A stretch of 64,000 nt of DNA from Euglena gracilis. Its lineage: Eukaryota. The stretch is from NCBI GenBank assembly GCA_039621445.1, contig CP154954.1:2790001-2854000 (forward strand), read 5' to 3'. A model generated the notes under the pieces. The model worked only from the letters and a program-made list of their open reading frames with translations. It was not told the origin of the DNA and ran no database searches. The translations under genes and the position numbers were made by a program. This document shows, in pieces, positions 24,593-64,000 of the stretch. The first letter of the stretch is position 1. Each line of letters opens with the position of its first letter.

Positions 24593-24945
24593 CTGCACTG
24601 TACCAGGGGTACAGGACAGTGCCAGCGCGGCGCCGCTGGGGGGTGGGTCGAGTCAAAGTTGGGCACTGCGCACAATCTTCCAGTGATGCCAGAAATCATT
24701 TTCCCCCCATCTTACTTTTTGGTTTGCCGAGGTTTTACGGCTTCATTTTGGCTGTAATTTCGAGAACTTTTTTTTTTAAAGATCTTAAGGCTTTAAAGGG
24801 ATTTTTAAGTCATTTTGGCCAAGAAATTCATGGTTTTTAAAGGCGCTTTGTTATCTTATCCGTTATTTTTTTTGTGCTCCTGGTCTTCCTTGTCTCAACC
24901 CCAGGGGGATCTTCCCTTTCTGGAAACCAGCGCCGCCCTGGGCGC

Positions 24946-25292
24946 AACACGCTGGAGTCCTGGGGGCCCGTCCAGATCCTGATGCTGGTGGACGGGCTGC
25001 TGTTCCCCGAGGGGGCCGCTCCGCGCGCGTCCTCCCACTGCTGCTGCTGCTGTGTTGCATGGCCGAAAGAAATGTCCATTGGTCTCCAAAACTTTGTCCA
25101 GCTGTCAACGATGGAAAATGTTTCTGAAAAAGTCAACGTTCCAAACCAAGGTCAAACGTTGTTGTCCCCATGAAAGGCACTCGTTGAGTTTCTCCTTCTG
25201 GAGAAATCTACAGAAGCTGTAAGAGTTTCTCATTTTTGTGTAGTTTCTCATTTTTGTGTTGTTTCTCTTTTTTTGTGTCGCCACATTTTCGT

Positions 25293-25326
<34 letters not shown>

Positions 25327-26380
25327 TCAGTTATTTTTGCTTTATCACATGTGATGCAATGAAGCTGCCGGCGGTCCACAAGGTTGGTCCCTCCAGTGGC
25401 CCTGCCCCAAGCTTGCAGCGGCGTTGGGCCGCGGTTTGGTGGCGGGGCGCGGCCTCTACGGTGCAGGCTACGCGAGTAGGGGTTTTTTTATTCGTGGACC
25501 GGTGGGTGGGTTTGGCCGAGCCCCGCCGGGGGATGTCCCCCAGGGGGGAGTGGCATATGCTATTTTTTGAAAAATTTTCGAAAATGTGCAATTTTCGACA
25601 TTTTTCGCGATTTTTGGCCATTTTCGGGGACAATTGAGTGGGTCCCCCGGGATCCCCTCTCAGGTGGTTCATGGGTGGGGGGACCCCCTCCAGGCCCCCC
25701 CCGCAACAAACCCGTGGATGCGAGCGGGGGGCCGGAGGGGCGGCGGGCGGGGGCCGGCCTCTCCGCCCTCGGGTGGCTCCCACTGGTGGTGCTCTCCCTC
25801 TACGTCGGGGCCGCTCTCGCGAAGCTGGTATGGGCAGGCTTCTTTCTACCACAGAAAACCGGTATTGGGGGAAGTTGCATTAATTTCATTAATTTTATTT
25901 TTTCATTATTTTCATTATTTTTTTCATTTTTATTTCATTAATTTCATTAATTTCATTTCTTTTAATTAATTTAAGTTAAGACACCAAGCCCCAAGGTATG
26001 AGTATGGTCAAGGTTGAAGAAGCGTGTTGAGTACCAGAGTTTTTTTTATATTTTAAAAATGGTTCAAAAATTGAAGGGAAAGTGTGGGTGTGAGGGACGT
26101 TTCACTAGGCATTAGGCACACCAAGTCTGGGTTCGCAGTTTTTTTTTTTGCGGATATGTTTGTGTGCACCAGAGGTATTATTATTAGGTTCCCTTTTCAG
26201 TGCCTTTTTCAAGCTATTTCTAAAGAGAAAAATTGGTCCCAAGCTACAGAGTTTAATACAAAAGGTGAAATATGAGGGAATTTGTTGGTTTTGAGGGTCT
26301 TACAGATGGGTCGTTTTAGCGAAGGTCCCCCAAGGGGTTCCACCCCGACACACCGCAGGTAACCAGAAGCCTGGGCGCGA
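24946..26380 (+). pseudogene. Extra copy of MAPEG exons 4-7
   Basis: Exon 4 is identical; exon 5 reads KLAAALGRGLVAGRGLYGAGYA (loses W and F); it has no private upstream exons. Confidence 0.7.
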
Positions 26381-29229
26381 GGCGGTGTCGCCTGCGCAGC
26401 AATGTCGCTGGCCATTGGCAGCGATTATTGATCTTTTTCTCAGCCTGAACTGCAGGCTTGCCCTGTGTTCTCGCTCCAGTTCCCGTGCTGTTCATTTCGG
26501 CGGTGGGTATCTGTGATGCCGGGTTGGCCAAAGCCCACCTGTTCGGGGCCCACCTGTTGCAAACGCGCTCAACTGTGGCCCGATAGCAGTCGCCGGTGCC
26601 TGTATGTCACTGACCGGTCCAGGCCTACTGGAGTGTCATTCTATTTACCAGACATGCCGCCCCGCCCCTCAAAGGGTTGTTTTTGCCCGGCTTTGTGTCG
26701 TTGCCCCTGATCCGCCGACTTTGGGGCGTCCATTTCTGGAGTCATTTCTAGGTCCGTTTCAACCTCAGGGCAATTCTAGTTTGGGCCTCTGCTGTGTGGG
26801 GTCAGCCTACAAACCATTCCGACCGGAATTTGAGAAATCAGACCCAAAGTTTCCAGCATCTCAGGTGGACTTTTCTCCTGGTCCATGAAGCAACACATTT
26901 AAAGTTTCAAATTTTGATTCTTGTGAGAGGGATGTTTTTGAGAGAGGGTGTGCTGGGCCCCCCAGGCAGGTCAGGTGCCGCTGGGGGGATGGCTTCTGGA
27001 GGGGGTTTTCACTTTTTCAATTTTCACTTCAATTTTTGAGGATAGCATATTCATATTTCTGTGGAAAAATATTCCCCTGGTTAAAAATTGACAATTTCTT
27101 CTGCCTTCTGATTCAGAATGTGAAAAGGCATCGCTTTACTGATTTTTTTTGTGTCAGCTGAGGTTCGAAAAAAATGTCATTTTCCCCCCGTCTGACCCAG
27201 AACCCATACAAAATTGTCTTCTGGTCTGGTACACGCTGCCCGTCTTCATACCTGTGTACTTCCTGATTTGTCTGGCGACAGTTTCCCAGGGGGCAGGTAT
27301 GCTCTCATACATTTTCACACTATGTTTCACATGTAAAACATGGAAGGCGCGTCGCGGGTCGAACCTGATTTGTTTAGAAAAGAACCCAGCCCCCCCCCCC
27401 CCCAATACAAACCGCCCTGAAGGTTTTTGGTTCCACTCCAGAGTTTACATGGGAACGTCTTTGGTACCAATTTGGCATCCAATCAGGTACTGGACGTCTG
27501 GTCAGTGGAGGGAGGGGCATGCGACTTTATCTAGGTCCCAGGTGCAATGCTTGTTTTCTGTCTGGTACACGCTGCTCCGTCTTCATATCTCTATGCTCGC
27601 TGATTCGTCTGGCGACAGTTTCCAGGGGGTAAGTATGCCCTCATACATTTCCACACATGTTTCACATGCAAAACATGGAAGGCGCGTCGTGGGTCGAACC
27701 TGATTTGTATAGAAAAGGACCCCAGACCCCCCAATACAAACCGCCCTCAAGGGGTGGTCCAGCTTCTTCAAAGAGCTTCAACGTCGTCACACAAAAACAA
27801 AGGAAATGGTTCCATAACACGGAACACCTGGAACACCTGGCAGTTGAAACCCATCGGTCGGCAGAGGTGGTAAACCACCGTTTTCAAAACGAAAAAAGTC
27901 GATTCATCCAGAAAAAAAAATGGGGGTCAATGATACCCATTTTGGTAACATTTTGGGGAAAAATGCACTGCCGAAGTCGGTGCGACACAAAACGCTGTTT
28001 TACAGGGACAAACCCTGGTCAGGTGAAACCTTTGAGCTGTCCCCCCTGTTCAGTAGTGTCCAGTGACTGCGCAGGTGCACATTCACCCCCTCCCCGTCCC
28101 GGCTTTTTCCTGAAGTTTTTGGACGGTAATTGTGGCTCCCGGGGGTGATTGTGGGAGCGGGTACCGTGGTCCATATGGTTAGACTGGAGGGGGTGTTCGG
28201 TGCCCTGCGTTGGAAGCAGGGCACAAAGGTGCGATGGTTTGTAATTGAGACATGCATGTGGCATGCGTTAAAAGAGTAATAGGGAGGATGTGTCGAAACC
28301 CACACCAGATGTCCGTGGGGAGGACTCGTTACACTCCTCAGGCTGCCTTCTGTTTACATTTCACACGGTGCACCTCACCCCTCCGCGACACATGCAGGAA
28401 CAGCATCCCTCCAGTCGTGCACAACGTCCGCTCAGCATGCCTTCTCATATGCACCATGGCGCATCACCGTGTGGGACCACCTGGTTCGGGTATGCCGATT
28501 AGTATGGGGCATACGGTGTGTGTCTATTTAGTGGTCGTTGGACAAGGTGGGGGAGGTAGGAGGGGCTATCTTGCTCTCTTTTGCTGTGTGCCACTGGTTT
28601 CTAAAGCCACCGAGCAGAGCCCCGCTTCAACCCCTTTCTGCCACCAACTTTCTTCCCAGAACAACCCTCACAAACAACATAAAACGACCCCCTCTCTGAG
28701 GACTCTCTGAGGACTAAAATGCGCAAGTGCGCACTCTTGAGGCCATTCCTTGGCTGGCTGGTGGTGATTCTGGCTGTATGGAGGGAGGAGTGCTGGGCGC
28801 ACTGATGGGCTAAAATAAGCGAAAATAAGCACAAAATATACACTCCGCACCTTCTGTTTAAGACTGGGGCCTGCCCAGGAGGTGCCCACTACCCTCCCCC
28901 CCCCGGGGGGGGGGTCGAAGGGATCCACGTTTTTAAGGGTCGATTCTGGGACCCAACAAAATAAAAATGGACAAACCCCCTCCTTTGGCAGGGGATCAAA
29001 AGGCCTTTGGGCGTATCCCCGGGTGGAGGGGGTCTAGCAGGTTACCCCCCCCCCCCCGGGCTCCAATGTTTAAAAACGCCTTGCCCCCCCATCCACCACA
29101 GCACCGTGCAAGCCCAAAAATATGGAATGGCCTGGTGGGAGAGAGGGAGGGGGTCGGGTCCCCACGGACCCCATTGAGTTTTGGGGGTTCCTGTACGTGC
29201 CCCATGCCCCAAACTGCCAGAGGTTGTCA

Positions 29230-29355
29230 GCGCGATGGCCGCGGCGCAGGGCGTGCCAGCGGAGGGCTGCGCGGCGCGCCATGAGCTTCATCCACGCGGC
29301 CCAGTACCGCTTCAGGCGCAGCTGGTGCTGGGCCCGCAGCAGCCAGTACAGCTCC
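29230..29355 (-). CDS. Exon of an unidentified minus-strand gene
   Basis: Almost all codons GC3: ELYWLLRAQHQLRLKRYWAAWMKLMARRAALRWHALRRGHRA; preceded by TGTGCAG. Partner exons not identified. Confidence 0.5.
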
Positions 29356-30639
29356 CTGCACAGTACCAGGGGTACAGGGCAGTGCCAGCGCGGCGCCGCT
29401 GGGGGGTGGGTCGAGTCAAAGTTGGGCACTGCGCACTTATCCCAGCCCCCCCTTACATGCCTTTGAAACCACACGGCTGGGGTGTACACATCCCTGCGAG
29501 GATCGAATGGCAGTGGGGACGAGGAATCCCTCGAGCGAATCACCCTGGCCTTGTAACAAACGTCCCCCATTACACGGAACCTTTTTGGGACAGGTACTCA
29601 GAGTCGACACCCTGCACTGAAAACAACACCACCCATGGCCGTTGTGAAGGCCAAGGAAAGCATGTCTGCACACATTCTCTCCATACACCCCGTCTGCTGA
29701 GACTGCAGTCAAACAGTCAAACATGGAACAGCGGAGTGAGTACGTACCGGTGCAATCCCTTCTTGTGTCGCCTATTAGCACCCTGTGGGAGGTTGTCACA
29801 CAGGGCCATGCCAAACAACTGAGCACACAAGGCAAAGCACAGCAAATGAGACACACGCCGTCCACGAGAGTGCGGCGGACTGCGCAGGTGCACATTCTCC
29901 GCGATGTGAGCAGTCGTGTCTCGCACTCCAGAACCCAGTGCCACCACCCACACAATTGGCTTGAGATTGGGGCAAGGCAATCCCCACGACGCGCCACGAC
30001 GCGTTGGTGGCCTTTTTGTTAGCAATTTTTTTCAGGGGCATCGCATGGCACAAGTGGAATGCCCTAATAACTGCGCACCCCAAGGGTCAGAAACCTCCTT
30101 AAAAGTGCGCACGTCCACCTCCTTTCAGACTCCCATATTCTGCACACCCAAGGCCACATCCTAGCAGTCCACGCTTCATATCCATGGCAGGCAAACAATG
30201 TGCCAGCCAGCGTGTCCTGCACGTCATGCGCGGACGCGCATTCCCTTTCGCGCAGCCTTTGTGTCTATTCCAAAAATGCACACCTGCGCGTTTTTCGGGA
30301 TTGGCACTCTGTGTCACCCTTGTTGTTTCACCTGGGAGGGCTGTGTGTCTATGGCTGCAAGGAGTTTGTTCCCACGCTCAATCAGGACAGCTCTGAGGTA
30401 AGCCAAGCCGACGCACAGCTGGTCCTGAGTTTGCAAAATCAGCAGCTAATCCCAGACTGTAGACTGTGGAAACTCCATTGCAAAGGAGCTCTCCACACGA
30501 AGGAAATGTGTAATGAGGCGACCCTGCAACCTGGCATGCAGTGATGAAAGGTTATAGTTTTTGATATATTTATACTAATATTATATACACCCTATACATA
30601 TACTACACCTATCACATATACATACACACGTGCGTATGC

Positions 30640-31082
<443 letters not shown>

Positions 31083-31091
31083 TGTTTATAT

Positions 31092-31382
31092 CAGGCTGTA
31101 TTTAGTCGGGTGCTTACTCCACCCCGGGGGGGGTGCCTGCTTGGGCAGGCACTCCAAGGCACTCCCAATCCGCCCCCCCCCGGGCACATGGCCAAAAGTG
31201 TCCTAGCACAACCCTGGCGCCGAAGGCGCCGGGGAGCTAAACATAGCCTATTTTCAAAGGAATGTGCCTGGGCACCGCCGGAAATTCGATCTACCCGGGT
31301 GGGGGGTCCGTGCCTGCCTGGGCAGGCACTCACAGGCACTCCGGACCCCCCCTCCCCCCCGGGGTTGGTGAAAAACAGCCTG
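31092..31382. mobile_element. hAT-type MITE
   Basis: CAGGCTGT...ACAGCCTG ends; TSD GTTTATAT/GTTTATAC (7/8). Confidence 0.85.
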
Positions 31383-32029
31383 GTTTATACATGTATATAT
31401 GAAAGGTTTTAATAATTGCATGAAAGATATCACTGTTAAAAGGTGCCGTGGTATCACCAACCAGTATCGGATTACCTCTCTTCAGAGTTTCGTCTCACAT
31501 GCCACCCGCAGTGCTGCTACTCTGGGGCATCATTTCCCTCCCCCTTTTTTGTGTCGCCAACCCCCCCACCCCCCCCCGCCCCCACCTTGCTGTCCGCCCA
31601 GTCTGAGCTGCCCCCTCCTCTGGCGTACGGAGTGCATATGTGGGAAACTCCACCCCCCCAGCCCCACCCACACACGTTTCCCCCCCAAAACAACGCCCCC
31701 CACTGCTGTGTGACCTTAGTGCCATACATCTACTGTCTAGTTCGTCTTGTTTCTGTTACTTTTATAAACATTGAACGTTATTCCTTCTGAATGGAATATT
31801 GTTCGGTTGGAGATCATACATCAGTATTCCAGTTTACACCATAATTTTTCCGGTATCTTTCAAAGCGGTTTTCCGCTTCCTTTTTGGTTTATTGAAAAAT
31901 ATGTGCTGTGGAACCACATACGGACGCCTCTCAAGTTAGGAACCACCCCATTCCCCGATTTTTTTTTGGCAGTCATTTTTCCCATGTGACGTTGTGCTCC
32001 ATTGAAACTTTATGAACACGTTGCCGCAG

Positions 32030-32140
32030 GTGCTGGCGGAGCAGCTGGTCTCCCTGGGCCCTGACCCCCTCAACACCATATACGTCAGCGGCACCATGCG
32101 CGGCGTGCTGTGCCAGACGTTGCCCACCATGGTGCCCCAT
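32030..32140 (+). CDS. Isolated exon-like segment, unknown product
   Basis: After CAG: GC3-rich VLAEQLVSLGPDPLNTIYVSGTMRGVLCQTLPTM; not linked to other exons. Confidence 0.35.
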
Positions 32141-33117
32141 ACAACCCTTGCCGCCCATTGAAAGACTTAATGCAATACAGCCAGAATATAGTCATGCCGA
32201 AGGGTTGCCTAACATTCTCCCCCCTCATCACTTTCAATCGAAGCCCTGGGTGGTTATTTTGACTCTTGGTTGAAAACTCAAGGAGAGAGACTTTCATTTG
32301 GGTTTTTTTGCTTCAAAGTGCAAGTGAATACTCAGGGGGAATAATATTTGCAAGTTGGAACAGAAGTGGTTATTCTTATTTCAGAAATCGCGCACCATTT
32401 GCGTTCCGAGCTCTATTCAGGTTTATAGGTTTATATTTCTCTGGCAACAGTGGTGGGTCAAACAGAGATAGTCTTTTGCTGTCCTGCCACAGCTCAGCTG
32501 CTGGGCACGGTGTATGATGGAGAAGACGCAGTTGGGTGCTCCATCCATCCAAAAACGTTACCCCCCCACCCCTTTGTCCATTCACATGCATATTTCAGCA
32601 TGCTTTGTGTCCAGTCCATACAATCACTTAGTCACTGGCCGATCCCCCCCCCCCCCCCCGGGTTGGTGGCTGGTTTTTTCAGAGTGCCCCCCTTGGAGGG
32701 TCGGCAAAAAAACTACAAAAGTGACCTGACGTCCAAGGCGCTGGAAATTTTTGACCTTTTTTCATGATTTTGGTCAAATTTTCTTTGGATTCTAGAGTGG
32801 CCGACCCCCCCGGGGGGGGGTCACTGACTGGTTTCCCGAAGAAAAGTGACTGGCTGGTTTTTTGAAGAGTGGAGTGATCACCCGAGGGAGGGAGTCGGTA
32901 AAGAATTGTATGGTCCAGTCCCACCTGGACCTCTCTGTCCAAGAGAGAAAAGCCACAACCGACAGCTGCTGCATGAATGCCTGGTTGTCATTTCTTTGAC
33001 AGGTCCTGGGACGTCCCAAAGCAGTGTTTTGTGCCCTCGTACCAGGGCAATCACAGCCACACAATCCTCCGTGTTTATTCCCCAGGAACCAACCAACCTG
33101 CTGGCCCAACCACCTGG

Positions 33118-33249
33118 CCCTAACCCTAACCCTAACCCTAACCCTAACCCTAACCCTAACCCTAACCCTAACCCTAACCCTAACCCTAACCCTAACCCTA
33201 ACCCTAACCCTAACCCTAACCCTAACCCTAACCCTAACCCTAACCCTAA
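33118..33249. repeat. Interstitial telomeric repeat (CCCTAA)22
   Basis: 22 perfect CCCTAA units, flanked by CCTGGCCCTA on both sides and by (CCAA)n. Confidence 0.97.
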
Positions 33250-34579
33250 CCCTGGCCCTATCCCTACCCAACCAACCAACCAACCAACCTACCAACCAAC
33301 CAATCAACCAACCAACCAACCAATCCCGATCCAACTTTGCGATCAAGCGTGCTGCGTTCTTTGAATCTGGATGCCATACCTGGGATAAGTGGCTGGTGTG
33401 AATTGTGTACAAGCCGGGTATATACCTTGCACTGTAGCTTTGGATATTTTCTCGGGATTTGCAATCTTATTGAGCGACCAGGGTGGAACAAAAGAGAGAT
33501 ACGTCTCCACGCGCTTGCGCAAAGCCGCTCTGTCGGCAGTGCTCATTTTTGGGGGCATGAGAGCAACTGGGGACAAAATGGAAAGGGGAATTTGTTTTTT
33601 GGGGGGTATGTTTTTTGTGCTGTCAGGGGGGGTATGTTTTTCGTGTTGTTGGCAACCTGTACAATTGCACAAGCAAAGCAAGCTTCCTCTGCCGTTTTTG
33701 TTTGCGTATTGAAGCTTGCAACCAAAAATGGGGTTGGGTGATGCCCTGCCGCCAACTGCACGGAGTGTGCCTGCCTTCCGCTGATCTTCCACTGGAATGC
33801 CAGTGCCTGCTGTGCAGAGTTGGGATTCTCATCCCATAGACCAAAGGACAGTTTGGAAGAGGGCTGTTTGATGTTTGATTAAGCAAACACTTCAAAGAAT
33901 ATTTCAAATGTTGCTGGCTTTCTTCCCTTAAAGTGCCAACTTGCGGTCACGGGTTATTTTTGTTTAAGGCGAAAAATTTTAAGTTTTTTAAGGCGTTTTT
34001 TTTTAAGGTTTTTTTTTATGTTTTTTAGCATTGCTAAATTTTTAAGGCGTCTATTTTCCGATGGAAGTCCAAGGGCCGTCTCGGCGTCGAACGGGGGTCC
34101 AAAGCGGTCCAAAAGCGGTTGAAAACCATGATCCGGCGATGACAGAAATCCCCCCCCCCGGAGCTGTCTTGTTTTTGCCGAGATTTTGCAACTTCATTTT
34201 TGCTCAAAATTCAAAAAATTTGTCGGAAGGATTTTTTTAAAAAAGGTTTTTAAGGTTCTTGTAAGGTTGTTTAAGGCATTTTGGCCCAAATTTTAAGGTG
34301 CTTTTAAAGGGTTTTTTTAATGCGCCTTAAAAAATACCACCTGCATGGGATCCCTAGTTTGGCAATTTGGATTGAAAGATTCAGAAATACAACGATAATA
34401 GCATATCCTTGTGAAATTTCTTCTGGCTCCAACTGTCCAAAGGATGACTACATGGTATTATTTTCTTTTTTGAACGTGTGCAAATGAACCAAAATTTGTC
34501 GAAGATTGAGAGGAAGGTGGCCAGGCCAAAATCTGGGTAGATTATGTGTTTTATTAAGAGAGGTGAGTTTTTTTTCTAT

Positions 34580-34854
34580 TACCCCCCCCCCCCCCCCCCT
34601 TGTCGTACGACCACCCCTCATTTACGACCACCCCCCGGTCACAGGTTGCAGGTCATGGGGGTGTTATGCCCCCCCCCCCCCCATGTCACAGGTTGCAGGT
34701 TGCGAAAAATTTAACACCACCTTACCCACGACGGCCCCCGCATTTATGACCACCCCCCGGTCACAGGTTGCAGGTTATGGGGGTGTTACGACCCCCCCCC
34801 CTGGTCACAGGTTCACAGGTTGCAGGAACCCGGTCGTACAACAAGGGGGGGGTA
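34580..34854. mobile_element. TA-flanked MITE
   Basis: TA(C)nTTGTCGTACGACC ... GGTCGTACAACAA(G)nTA; internal GGTCACAGGTTGCAGG repeats. Confidence 0.75.
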
Positions 34855-36053
34855 CTTTTCTTGAGGTTTAGGTTTTCTTTTGCACTCGATCCGACCCCCC
34901 CCCCCCAGTCAGGGGTTCTCTGAAGCAGGAGGACCCTACATGTGGGGAGCTAGCCAGCACTTTTCCCCAGCTAGCAACTCTGAGCCGGGCTGCCAACCGG
35001 ACCCGCGCCCCCGGGTCCACTGAAATGAAATATTTGGGCCAGCCCCACACACAAAGGTTTTTTTTTTTAAGTTTGGTGACCCAGAGCAGAGAGGGACAAA
35101 AGGCGCGTGGGGGCGGGTCGAAGAATGACTACAGTTTTGGCTTTTGAAAACAGGGGTTCTGGGTCGGGGGGCCAAAAAACATGGTTCTGGGCAATTTTTG
35201 ATTTTTGGGGCTTTTTTTTTTTTTTTTTTTTTGTTTTTTTTTTTGGTTTTTTTTTTTTCTTTCTTTTTTTGATGTTGTTTGTTGATTTTTGTTTTTTTTT
35301 GTTTTTGGTTGTTGTTTGATTTTGTTTTTTTTGATTTGTTTTGATGTTTGGTTTTTGTTGTTTGTATTTATTTTTGTTTTTTGTTTTGTGTGATTGAATT
35401 GTGTTTTTCTTGTTGTTTTTTGGTTTTTTTTTTTGTTTTTTTTTTTTGTTTTGTTGTTTGTTTGTTTTTTTTTTTGATTTGGTTTGTTTTTTTGGTTTTT
35501 TTTGCTTTTTTTTGTCTTTTTTTTTTTTGTTTTTTGCTCTGATGCTTTTTGTTTTTGTTGGGGGGTTTTTTGTTTGAGGTTTAGGTTTTTTTTTTGCACG
35601 TCATCCGCCCCCCCCCCAGTCAGGGATTCTGAAGGCAGGCGACCCTACATTGGGGACTAGCCAGCACTTGTTTTTTCCTCCCCATCTCGCAACTCTGAGG
35701 CCGTGCTGCCAACCGGACCGCGCCCCCGGCGTCCACTGAAATGAAATTTTGGGGGCCCCCCCCCAATCCCCACACACAAAGGTTTTTTTTTTTTTTGGTG
35801 ATCCAGAGCAGAGAGGACAAAGGCGCCGGGGGGGCGGGTCGAAGAATTTTTTTTTTGTTTTAAAACAAGGTTTTTTTCTGGTCCGGTAGGCCAAAAAACT
35901 TTGGTTTTTTTGGGCAATTTTTTTTGTTTTTTTGGCTTTTTTTTGACAGGTGACAGGTTTTGACCCGTTTTGGGACCGGATCGAGTCCCCTCCCTGGGGC
36001 CCTGCTCCTGATGCGGACACTGCGTGACCAGTCGTCTCTGTTTCTTATTTGTC

Positions 36054-63430
<27,377 letters not shown>

Positions 63431-63842
63431 AGTGTCCACGCTGTCTTTTTGGGGGCGAAGGCAGCTGGGTTCAAGCAGGCAGTGCTGAGACTCAGCATTG
63501 ACATTGTTGCTGTTGTTTGGAGGGGAGTTTGCTTCCAGTAGCCTGACCAGACCAGGCAGACGCATGCCTGTATGGGAATCCCCCACCCTGTGGTTGGTGC
63601 GTGGGATTGGGTCGACCCCCTCCCACCCCAAACCTTGGGTCAGCGGGGGGGGGGGGTCCGACCTCCACCAGCCCTTACCGTATTTCTAGGGGTGTATTTT
63701 CAGGAAAATTTTCTTTCGTCGCTTTCGGCGCAAAGAACTTTTTTTTGTGCACGGAGCTATGGTGAATGGGGGGTCAACCCCCCCCCACCAAGCCTTCCAG
63801 TACAGCCCAGACCAGACCATACCACACCAAAAAAAAAAAAAA

Positions 63843-64000
63843 ACACACACACACCACACACAAAAAACACACACACCAACAAACACCACACCACACCACA
63901 CCACACAAAAACACCACACCACACCACAACACACCACACCAAACACCACACCACACCACACACACCACAAAACATACCACACCCCACCACACCACACCAC
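63843..64000. repeat. (CACAC)n-like low-complexity repeat running off the window
   Basis: Directly visible. Confidence 0.85.

Larger units (their letters stand above)
19913..29436. repeat. Head-to-tail tandem duplication 2 (about 4.76 kb): 19913-24673 and 24672-29436
   Basis: Near-identical units. The junction GCGCAC|AATCTT shares 2-bp microhomology (AC) with the parental ends TTGACAATCTT and GCGCACTTAT. Confidence 0.95.

Noticed and set aside
35129-35990. Lys-rich ORF and imperfect duplication around a T-rich tract
   Set aside because: Irregular T/G sequence and a noisy copy of 34865-35130 look like unpolished read error or low complexity.

Overview
This is eukaryotic, intron-rich, repeat-dense DNA, almost certainly from a euglenid (Euglena-like) nucleus. 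Genes are split into short GC3-rich exons by a mix of conventional GT/GC-AG introns and euglenid non-conventional introns. The latter lack GT-AG, and their ends base-pair from +4 to -6, often CAG...CTG. Reconstructed genes: (1) the 3' part of a SIRT4/class II-like sirtuin (842-7378, +); (2) a complete 143-aa MAPEG/microsomal GST3-like gene (17867-21620, +) whose 5' and 3' halves are each tandemly duplicated; (3) a possible ubiquitin-like fragment; (4) an isolated minus-strand exon; (5) a long multi-exon Cys-rich membrane-protein locus (about 36-63 kb, +). Main finding: the window holds many hAT-type MITEs (CA...TG terminal inverted repeats, 8-bp target-site duplications), and one element carries a hAT transposase dimerisation-domain remnant. 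At least five distinct non-conventional introns are copies of four of these MITE families inserted in coding exons. Such an intron starts 3 nt before the left TIR and ends 5 nt after the right TIR. Since 3+5=8, splicing would remove the element plus exactly one TSD copy and restore the exon, i.e. a hAT-MITE introner system. All splice junctions are inferred from reading-frame and protein-motif continuity, not from transcripts.
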